From Macrostomum hystrix (taxonomy: Eukaryota; Animalia; Platyhelminthes): a stretch of DNA of 64,000 nt. Under the pieces are notes generated by a model that did not search any database, was not told where the DNA came from, and worked only from the letters and a program-made list of their open reading frames with translations. The position numbers were made by a program, and so were the translations under genes. Shown piece after piece: positions 13,401 to 23,800 of this stretch. Position 1 is the stretch's first letter, and each line of letters starts with the position of its first letter. The stretch is from the NCBI GenBank assembly GCA_950097015.1, contig CATNEN010000011.1:6572001-6636000 (forward strand), written 5' to 3'.

Positions 13401-15147
13401 ACTTCTCTAAGTGTCAGCTATCCGTTAAAAATATGTTTCCTTTTTAACGAAGTTACATAAAGTTTTTAACGATCTAGTGTTCTCAAGAGTTATCTGAAGA
13501 ATAAATTTAAATTCAATGATCCCAACTCGAAATTGAGCACAGATTTAGCCTTGTCGAAGAGCACGTTATTGAGTTCAGTCAGCAATACCTTGAGCACTGT
13601 TGGACTCAGCAGCATCAGCAGTGCAGCCCAGACGAGTCTCAGCCATCTTCGCCCAGTCCGTTTCGTGGAAAAGCATCCAGCGAGATATTCAACCGAGTGA
13701 CCGTGCGCGACAACATCGCCCTGGCTGTTGTCCTGACGCCGATGTCCAAGGACGGCTCAAGCTCTGACAGCCGCGACACCAGCCTGATGGTTTGCACCTC
13801 CCACATGCACTGGGATCCACAGCACTCTGATGTCAAGCTGATCCAGACTGTCGTGCTGACCAGCGCACTGGCTGCCAAGATCAAACAGTTCAGGGCTTCG
13901 ACCGGGGCCGCCTCGCTACCGTTGGTCCTCTGCGGCGATTTCAACTCGCTGCCTGATTCTGGTGAGCCGACTGACCCAGCTCTGTTTCTGTTCACCTGTT
14001 AGACAGCAGGGTCACCTGTTAGGCAGGAGTGTCACCTGTTAGGCAGGAGTGTCACCTGTTAGACAGCAGGGTCACCTGTTAGGCAGGAGTGTCACCTGTT
14101 AGACAGCAGGGTCACCTGTTAGACAGGAGTGTCACCTGTTAGACAGGAGTGTCACCTGTTAGATAGGAGTGTCAACTGTTAGACAAAAGTGTCACCTGTT
14201 AGACTGGGGTGTTACCTGTTAGGCAGGAGTGTCACCTGTTAGACAGCAGGGTCATCTGTTAGACAGAAGTGTCACCTGTTAGACTGGGGTGTCACCTGTT
14301 AGGCAGGAGTGTCACCTGTTAGGCAGGAGTGTCACCTGTTAGACAGCAGGGTCATCTGTTAGACAGAAGTGTCACCTGTTAGACAGGAGTGTCACCTGTT
14401 AGACAGGAGTGTCACCTGTTAGACAGGAGTGTCACCTGTTAGACAGGAGTGTCACCTGTTAGACAGGAGTGTCACCTGTTAGACAAAAGTGTCACCTGTT
14501 AGACTGGGGTGTTACCTGTTCCATCAAAATGTTACATATCAATTCTCCTATTAAGTAGGCCTACTGAGACTTGCAAATAAAAAATAACATGAAAAAATTG
14601 CGGCAAACACAAGCATCGAACAACATTGAGCTGGAAAACATTTTAGCTCCCATTCGCTTTTATTTTCTAAATCCCTTTTATGTTATTGACCAGAGAATAA
14701 ATATTTTTAGATCAGTTATTATTACTAAGCCTACTTAACTGTGCTTTAATCCAAATTCAATCCAAAGCTAACATTCAATTATCACAACTGTCAAATCCAT
14801 GGAGGAATAGCGAAATATATTCGCCCTCAAAGTCTTTTTGTTCTGAATTTCTACAAAATGAGCGTCATTCTTATTTTAAAGGACAGAAAGTACTCGGCTT
14901 GAGAATTTGCTGCTCGGAATTTCCAGTAAAATTCTCCCCCTTTTTCCGCACACTTAATATTCGGGATAAATTTAAAAAAATTATTACAAAATTTTCTCAA
15001 GGCGTGATCGAGTTTCTGAATCAGGGTTCGGTTGAGCGCGATCATCCGGAATTTCGCCGACTCGGTCGAGATCCCTCGCTTGATGGCCTGAAACTGCCGA
15101 TGGAGCAGAATTCGACTGACTGCCACTCGCCAACTGAGTCTTCCTTG

Positions 15148-15221
<74 letters not shown>

Positions 15222-16529
15222 CAGCAGCAGCAATTTCTCGCATTCACTGGATCTGGCCTCCTGCTACAGTGCGGTGGACATGACCTACACTAATTACACG
15301 TAAGTTTGGCCTTTACCCCCTTTTAGAACCTCATTAACTTTATCCGCTTACCTGCATGACTGGTCACTTGATGTTTAAATGCTCGCTTACAAACCCCTGG
15401 CGACTCAATGTACGTTAATTAATCGACAAACCCCTACCCTTCAATGTACATTCAATATCCACAAAGCTCTGCCCTCAACGTACATTCATTATCCACAAGC
15501 CTCTATCCCTCAATGTACATTCACTATCCACAAACCTCTACCCTTCAATGTACATTCGAAATCTACAAACCTCTACCTATCAATGTACACTTATTCCAAC
15601 ACACGCAGTCATTCTTTCAAAGCAATAATAAGCAAGAAGTTTAAAGTGAGTTTTTTAAGTGCGATGAAAAAAGGAGAACGCGTGAAGGACAAAAAAGCTC
15701 ACACCAGAAAATCCAAAGGTGGTTTTGCGTTCAGTCTGCAGATTTCACTGCTTCGGACTTTTGCAAATAGCAAAAATAGCAAAACCTAGTAGCAGATGAA
15801 AGTCACTGCTGCTGAAAACAATGAAAGGCTGAAAACAAATTTCAAGTTCCGGGTAATTTCTGCTTCTCTATTGTACCATAACCTTTTTGCCCGGCGGGCA
15901 GAAAGTCTTGCCCGTTAATGGCCATAGACATTAATGAATTAATAGACATTAACCGCCCGCAAAAAAGGCATCGACCAATAGGAATGGCTTACTGCATTTA
16001 CCCTCTAAACTGGGGACACCACTGAATAACAGTCCAAGACATTCCCACCGTTTAATACGGTTAATATCCCTGTTAAATACACACAGAAATTTATAATACA
16101 CAGCCTGTAAAATCTATGTGTCAACACCCACAATAAATTTCTAACGACTGGCATTAATGTCTAATAACTGACGCAACTTTCTAACACCTGAAATCAATTT
16201 CTAACACCTGAAATCAATTTCTAACACCTGCCTTCAAATGTTTTAACTGACGTTCCTGTATAGCAAGCATCTAAGCTACCCAGTTGTAATTTAACAAATC
16301 ACTTGATTTTGTGCCTGATTTTCAACATGGATCTCGTTCTTGCAGTCACGACTTCAAGGGCGTTATCGACTACATCTTCGCGTCCAGGCGCCACTTTCGC
16401 GTCCTAGACTGTCTGGAGGGCGTGGCTGACTGGCTGCGGTCCGGCAGCGTCATAGGCTGCCCGCACCCCTACGTGCCATCTGACCACATTCCACTAGCTG
16501 TGCAGCTGGAGCTGCTGCCCAGCCTCTGA
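4473..16529 (+). CDS. CNOT6: CCR4/CNOT6-like EEP deadenylase, about 759 aa; exons 4473-5472, 12071-12294, 12794-12948, 13543-13961, 15002-15299, 16346-16529
   Basis: FTLMCYNILSDQYA, LQ|EVETEQYYSFF, VDGCAIFW, HMHWDP, LCGDFNSLPDSG, YTNYT|HDFKGVIDYIF, GCPHPYVPSDH. All five junctions are GT-AG and phase-consistent (2280 nt total). The exon 1 link rests on phase and splice signals only. Confidence 0.9.
5520..6050. repeat. Intronic minisatellite, 22-bp TTCCAATGCCAGTTTAGTGTCA
   Basis: Tandem units starting about 50 nt after the 5473 donor. Confidence 0.95.
6855..7430. repeat. CT-rich degenerate minisatellite
   Basis: CTCCTCTCTCCTATCTCATTCTCTC-like units. Confidence 0.9.
8043..8105 (+). mobile_element. 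tRNA-derived SINE head (family A)
   Basis: TGGCTAGAGCTTTGG A-box-like and GTGAGTTCGAATC B-box; similar GAGCTTTGG...GTCGGGAGTTCGAAT at about 18190-18260. Confidence 0.5.
8160..8830. repeat. GA-rich minisatellite, about 23-bp AGAGGGGAGAGGATGGAGGGCAG
   Basis: Tandem units; spurious ORFs on both strands. Confidence 0.95.
9460..10705. repeat. AT-rich 20-bp array ATGACCGATCTTAAACCCTT with higher-order structure
   Basis: Nearly constant ATGACCGATC plus variable 10-13 bp part; the variant series recurs. Confidence 0.95.
11505..12045. repeat. Intronic minisatellite, 20-bp CCTGTTAGACAGTAGCTGAG
   Basis: Tandem units ending about 25 nt before the 12070 acceptor. Confidence 0.93.
13992..14520. repeat. 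Intronic minisatellite, 20-bp CACCTGTTAGACAGGAGTGT
   Basis: Tandem units about 30 nt after the 13962 donor. Confidence 0.95.
15151..15231 (+). repeat. (AGC)n coding a 27-residue poly-Ser in CCR4-like exon 5
   Basis: In frame between ESSLN and NFSHSLDL. Confidence 0.9.
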
Positions 16530-17870
16530 GTCCTCATTTTCTGCGGTTCCAATTTCGTTTTTCAATACAAGCTTTTCTGTCTCACAATTTAATTTTTGCT
16601 GCGTTCAGTTTTTTATCAAAACAAGAGGGACCAAATGAACTAATAATAACGAATAGACTTGTAACCTACGTATTCTAGACTCACCGCGTAAGACGTGTAC
16701 TCGCTAAACCTATAGTAGCTGGCTCCTGCTCCTGGCTCTTTTAGTTGGTGCCAAGAATAATCGAAGTCAAGCGGCGATGCACGAGTAAGCCCACCCGTCT
16801 GTGGAATGACGAGAGCCAGAAATTTCCTCTTTAAATCGATGATTACTTTTATTTCACATTTGCGTCTAGTTAACCGCCAATCGATAATTGAATCACTGAG
16901 TTTATTGAAATGTCAAAGTTTATTGAAGTTAGTTTTTTTCTCTAAACTTAACATTCAATTTGTCAGCCCATGTGGGTATGATGTTACTTGACCTGATTGA
17001 ATCAAAGTTGATAATAATTAACAGCTGAGTATAGTTAACATTTCTGTTAGCTAATTGAAAGCCGAACTCGTTTATTCATTTCGGGCGATGTACAAAATCT
17101 TTCATTTCCAGGCGAACGCGTCTTGTTTTCTGTTTTTTCTAGTTTTCTGTTGTAAAAAAGACGAGTCATTCGCTTTTTTGTTATTTTTAATTCCACTCGC
17201 CCTCTCTGTGTCCGTTGTACAAACAAGAAACTAAGTTGAATTTCTAATAAAGTTAACTTTATTTTTTAAAGTTAGATTTGCTTTCTCTACTACTTACCAA
17301 GCCGAGTTGTTGAATATGGATTGAAAAGTTTATTTATTAACGTATCAACTGACTACACAAATAAAACAGCTCGTGACCTGCCATATGCCTTCATTTTGGT
17401 TGCAGTAGTAACAATAGGAGCGCCTAATTTTAACAAATCATATTTATAGTTGTTGTTGTGAAAATAATCGAACAAAAATAACTGACCAGTACAAATGCAC
17501 TGACCTATGAATGCACTTCGCAACTTGTAAAATGTAAAGGAATTAAAAAAGTATAGTAGAAAAATAGACTGTTAGAAATTTGCATAAATTAACTGAATAG
17601 ACACCGACGGGAGCAGTATAACAAACTAAAGGAAGAATTTAAATGAAAAAGAGATTATCGAATAATCTCGGCAGCGAAAAATTATCGCGGATTAAAGATA
17701 ATTCTACCGAGATAATCTTTTGTAGATGGAAAATTTCACGGCAGATTATACAGAAAAACGAAGGTAAATTACCTAGATAAACGAAAATAACTAGTAGATT
17801 ACATAAAATGTTTAGTTGATTACCAAATTATTAGTATTTTAGAAGGTTTATGAAATCCCAGAAAGATCTG

Positions 17871-20800
17871 TCAGTTTCCAGCCAGCTGGGGAAAGCTAGG
17901 CAGGCCGAACAGCACTGGCGCTGAACCAATCAGAAATTTTAGCTTGCAGGCGTCCCTGGCCTCGTTGACCAATCCGGGCAGCTTGCCGCCGGACGCGGCG
18001 TCGCCGTCGCCTCGCCAGACGCTGAGGAGGCGGTTAAAGTATCTGTCGATGTCTTTGTCGGTGACGTCCCAAAGAATGGCCAGTACAGCAGGACAGCCGC
18101 CCATGATGTAACTGTGCACTGTGCCAATCGGCTCGAACTGGCCTTCCTATAATTATTGAAGGAAAGTGGAACATTTTTCTTAGAAAAAAACTGTCAAGCG
18201 TTTGGAGCTTTGGAATTAGAATAATTAGGAGGTCGGGAGTTCGAATTCCAGTCTCCACAGTCAGCGGACTAAAGCAGATTTATTTCTTGAAAAACTAAAT
18301 TCGATTTAAACAGAAACTCCACAAAAAATTTTTTTTTATCTTATGAAAAATGTAGATTGGTTTTTTGGAGAAATCCTATTGCAATATAGGGTGAAAATAC
18401 CATTGGGATTTAGGGAAATTACAAAAAAATGTAGAGAGAATCCCATTGTAGATATTGGGGAATCCCCATTAAAATTAAAGGGGAAATCCTATTTTAATTA
18501 AGAAGGAAATCCCATTATGATTTACAAGTAAATCAGATTACAATTTAGGGGAAATCCCGTTGGAATTTTGGGGAAATCCAATTAAATATAGGGGCAAACC
18601 TTTAAGAATTTCGGGGAAATCATTCTGAAAATTAGGCGGAAAAATCCCATTCGAATTTAGGGGAAATCCCATAACAATTTAGAGAAAATTCAAATAAAAT
18701 TGAGGGGAAATCCCTATAGAATTTAGGGGAAATCCCGTTGGAATTTTGAAGAAATCCAATTAAATATAGGGGAAACCTTTTAGAATTGCGGCGAAATCAT
18801 TCTGAAAATTAGGCGGAAAAATCCCATTCGAATTTAGGGGAAATCCTATAACAATTTATAGAAAATTCAAATAAAATTGAGGGGAAATTCCTTTAGAATT
18901 TAGGGGAAATCCCTTTAGAATTTAGAGGAAATCCTAATAAAGATTAGGCGGAAATCCCATTAAAATTAAGGGGAATGTAATAGTAATTCATAAAAAACTA
19001 TAAATCTAGTTGGAATAAAAGCACTCTAATTATCTATCTAATCTATCTAGGGGGGATTTATATCTAAGTGTGATTGATGGCGGGGCAGTTACCTGATGCA
19101 GCCGACCAGAGGAACAGCCGATGAGGAAGGCGGCAGCTCTGACACCGGCCTGTTGCACGGACTGATTGGACAGATACCTGGAGCCGGAGCCGTGGCCGCA
19201 GTACACGTAGAGATCCCGACTGCGCAGGGCTGCCAGGAGTTCGGACTCCTCCGGCGGCCTGGAGGCGACGCCGTCCCAGCCGAGGTCGGCAAAGATTGGC
19301 GCGAAGGTGGCCTCGGTGGCTGGCAGGCTGCAGTCGGGATTCAGCACGTAGTATGAGCGCTGCAGGGACAACTCGCTGCGCGCCTGGCAGTGGAGATGTT
19401 CGCGTTTGGGAGAATATGTGTCAACATCGGGAGAATGGGGATTCGTAGGTTTTTTTGGGAAAAATGGAATTTAAAGCTTTGGGAAAGGGGAATTTAAAGT
19501 TTAGGGAAATGGGAATTCAATACGCTATTGTTAAAATAGGAATTCAAAGCATTTTTGGAGAAATATTTTCTGCTTTTGGGCGGAACTGGAACTGAAGGTG
19601 TCTTTAGGAAATGGGATTTGAGAGAGTCTGTAACAAATGGGATTCGAACGTGTCTTTGAGAAATGGGAACTAAACGTGTCCTTGGGAAATGGGATTTGAA
19701 CGTGTCCTTGGGAAATGGGAACTGAACGTGTCCTTGGGAGATGGGAACTGAACGTGTCCTTGGGAGATGGGAACTGAACGTGTCCTTGGGAAATGGGATT
19801 TGAACGTGTCCTTGGGAAATGGGATTAGAACGTGTCCTTGGGAAATGGGATTCGAACGTGTCTTTGAGAAATGGGAACTAAACGTGTCCTTGGGAAATGG
19901 GATTTGAACGTGTCCTTGGGAAATGGGAACTGAACGTGTCCTTGGGAGATGGGAACTGAACGTGTCCTTGGGAGATGGGAACTGAACGTGTCCTTGGGAA
20001 ATGGGATTTGAACGTGTCCTTGGGAAATGGGATTAGAACGTGTCCTTGGGAAATGGGATTAGAACGTGTCCATGGGAAATGGGATTTGAACGTGTCTTTG
20101 AGAAATGGGAACTAAAGGTGTCCTTGGGAAATGGGATTTGAACGTGTCCTTGGGAAATGGGAACTGAACGTGTCCTTGGGAGATGGGAACTGAACGTGTC
20201 CTTGGGAAATGGGAACTGAACGTGTCCTTGGGAAATGGGATTTGAACGTGTCCTTGGGAAATGGGAACTGAACGTGTCCTTGTGAAGTCTGAACTGAACA
20301 TGTCTTTGGAAAATGGGATTTTAGCGAGTCGTTGAGAAATGGGATAAAAACATGTCTTTAGTAAACCGTATCTAATTTTTGTAAAATATTTGGTAAACAA
20401 GTTTAAGAAAAGGAAAATAATGGTAAAGAATATATGGAATTCTCCGATCATCCGGGTGAAGTGGGATTTCTCACCTGAGCCACGGATCCAATCAGAGCAG
20501 ACAGGCTGGGCATTCTAGAGAATCGGACAGTTCTAGACAGAGCAGCTTCCCAGGGAAACTCGTGCAGCTTCAAGTCCAACAGCAGGACAGCTTCTCCGGG
20601 GCTGTCCAAGTTCATGAGGCCGGCAGCCGGGCTGGACATCCAGCGAGATTTCAGTTCGGCAGTGAGCTCCGCCGCCCGCTCGTCAAGGCGATATCGCCGA
20701 CGCCACCAGGTCTGAGGCTGGTCACTGGTCCGCATGCTGGCAGTGTTCATGCGCATCAGCGTCTGCCAGTCGTCCAGGAAGTCCAGGCCTAGGCCCCGCA

Positions 20801-23800
20801 GGTCGCAGATCATCGGCTCGGCGGCACCGGGAGCCAGACGGAGGGCGAGGAGAAACGGCTCGAGGCCCGGCACAGAGTCCACGTAGCTGGGGACAAAGAA
20901 GGTCAAGGAGGAAAACTATTGTATTTTAGATCAGACGACTGGCTTCAGAGGAATCAGCCCAGAAGACACCAGAGGAATCAGCCAAAAAGACAACAGAGGA
21001 ATCAGCCCAGAAGACACCAGAGGAATCAGCCCAGAAGACAACAGAGGAATCAGCCCAGAAGACAACAGAGGAATCAGCCAAGAAGACAACAGAGGAATCA
21101 GCCCAGAAGACAACAGAGGAATCAGCCCAGAAGACAACAGAGGAATCAGCCAAGAAGACAACAGAGGAATCAGCCCAGAAGACAACAGAGGAATCAGCCC
21201 AGAAGACAACAGAGGAATCAGCCCAGAAGACAACAGAGGAATCAGCCCAGAAGACAACAGAGGAATCAGCCCAGAAGACAACAGAGGAATCAGCCCAGAA
21301 GACAACAGAGGAATCAGCCCAGAAGACACCAGAGGAATCAGCCAAGAAGACAACAGAGGAATCAGCCAAGAAGACAACAGAGGAATCAGCCAAGAAGAAA
21401 ACAGAGGAATCAGCCCAGAAGACAACAGAGGAATCAGCCAAGAAGACAACAGAGGAATCAGCCAAGAAGACAACAGAGGAATCAGCCCAGAAGACAACAG
21501 AGGAATCAGCCAAGAAGACAACAGAGGAATCAGCCCAGAAGACAACAGAGGAATCATCCAAGAAGACACCAGAGGAATCATCCAAGAAGACACCAGAGGA
21601 ATCAGCCAAGAAGACAACAGAGGAATCAGCCAAGAAGACAACAGAGGAATCAGCCCAGAAGACACGAGAGGAATCAGCCCAAAATTCTTTAGAGGAATCA
21701 ACCCAGAACACACAAAAGGAATCAGCACCAACAGAAAGCTGAGGTCGCTAACCTGATCTGCAACACTGTCCAGTTGCTAGGCAGACAATCTATGGCAGCT
21801 CTCAATCCAGCAGGTCCAGTCTCACAAGCCAGCACTTTGCTGAGAATCTGTTTGGCATCTCTCAATCTTAGATTGACTCTATCCAGATGCCCGGCGGATA
21901 CATGCAAACCGCGGCACAGGTAGTTGGCGGCCTCCCAAAGACGCCCGGATCGCCAACTGGCCAAGGCCAGCTGCTGACAGAGCGGCCGGAACAGCCTGGG
22001 CGGTGGCAGCCAGCTCAGCAGACGATAAGCTGACTCCAGACGGGCCACCGTGGACGCCAACAAAGCTTCGTCAAGGACTTGTCCCTGTTGCCGGGGCTTG
22101 TCCGCCTGTCTATGGCCAATACCGCTAGACAAAGAGCCGCACTCCTCCATTCGTCTGAGAATATTTTGAGGAACAAAATCTGCTTGAGGAGCCGATTCAA
22201 TGGAGGCGGCGGCGGCGGCGGGCCGTCGAGTTTTAGTCGGCTGCGTCTGGGCAGCAGCTGCCGTGGCAGTTGCGAAGCGTTTCTGTCGCAGAGTGAACAT
22301 CTTGTTGATTTTGCCGATGGCTCGCCGCTCTTCCTCCACATCGACAGCCGCCGGCTGCTTGGCCGCCCCGCGTTTCCTTGGCGGCGGCGGAGGCGGAGGC
22401 GGCGGCGGCATTCCAGCAGAACCTGATGAGGAAGATGGTGACGATCGATCTAAGCTCAAATGGACCAAACTGGTCTCCAGACTAGTGTGAGCAGCGGCAG
22501 CGGCAGCCGAGCTGGTGGTGCTGGTGACTGGCAGCATTGCCGAGAACAGATTCTCATTGGTGTCGATTTGACTGGCTTCAATGGCGCCTCTGAGCCAGCG
22601 GAATTCTTTGGCAGCCTCTCCTAGAAGATCCCAGCCAGCCGCTTGGGCGGACTGATCCTCCGCCGCTGCTGATCTGCCAGTTGCCAGGGGCGATTTGTCA
22701 ACATGGCCGGTTGCGGCATTGTCCAGACTGTCGTTATTATCGTCGCCGACTGCGGTGCCCCCGCCAAAGCGACCAGCAACAAGAAAATTATCCTCTTCAT
22801 CGTCTTCGTTGCCATTGTTGGCATTGGGCTCTGCTGCTGCTGCTGCTGAAGCTTTGTCAGCCGCAAGCAAATGTTGACGAATGTGATCGTGAGTGCGAAT
22901 AAAGTTCACCTGGATAGGAAAATTTCAGTTGAAAAACGAGGAAAAGGTCAACAGGGGATTTGCAAACATTTTTGTAAGACGTTTTTTCGACGATAGGGAT
23001 TAGAAAATAAATTTTAAGATGCATATTTCTTAATTTGGGACCTGGGACAATGATGTGTCTCCCTAATCTGGGATGTGGGATAATGATTTGCGTATTCTGA
23101 ATTTGGGATCTGGGATAATGATGTGCGTACTCTGAATTTGGGATCTGGGATAATGATGTGCGTATTCTGAATTTGGGATCTGGGATAATGATGTGCGTAT
23201 TCTGAATTTGGGATCTGGGATAATGATGTGCGTATTCTGAATTTGGGATCTGGGATAATTATGTCCCGTTTTTTACTTGGGATCTAGGAGAATTGTGTAC
23301 TTTTAATGTCACATACTTTTATGTCGAGCAGGGAAATACAAAAGTACATTTTCAAAGAAGGGAATCCCAGGCGCAATTAAAATTTCCCAGTCATCGCACC
23401 TGCATGAGTCGAATCGCAGCACCAGACTGATTGTCACAGCCAGCGTCAAGGTGGGCGTACAGCAGCAGGCATCTGACAGCCATACCGGGTAGGCAGAGTG
23501 ACTGGGCTGCCAGCATGCACTCCCTGAGGTAGGTGGAGCTTTCTCGTACCGCCCCAGCGTAGGTGAACAGCCAGGCCAGCTGGTGTCGGCACAGCAGCAG
23601 CAGGTGGACACTGTACCAGGCGTCCCTAGCGAAATGATCGGCCAATCGCACGGGCATCTGGCAGGGTGTCTTCTCTTTGAAATGATGAACCACGAGAGAA
23701 ACCGTGAGCCGGCGGAGGTACAACAGCTGTTCCAGGGGATCGACGCTTCCTCCGCTACCACCGGGCTCGGCGGAGCCAGTGTCGGCTTCCGATGACGCAG

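Noticed and set aside
20919-21731. (QQRNQPRR)n and reverse-strand repetitive ORFs
   Set aside because: 24-bp array inside a separase intron
22420-22440. CTGATGA hammerhead-core-like motif
   Set aside because: Lies in a separase exon, with no flanking stems or GAAA partner
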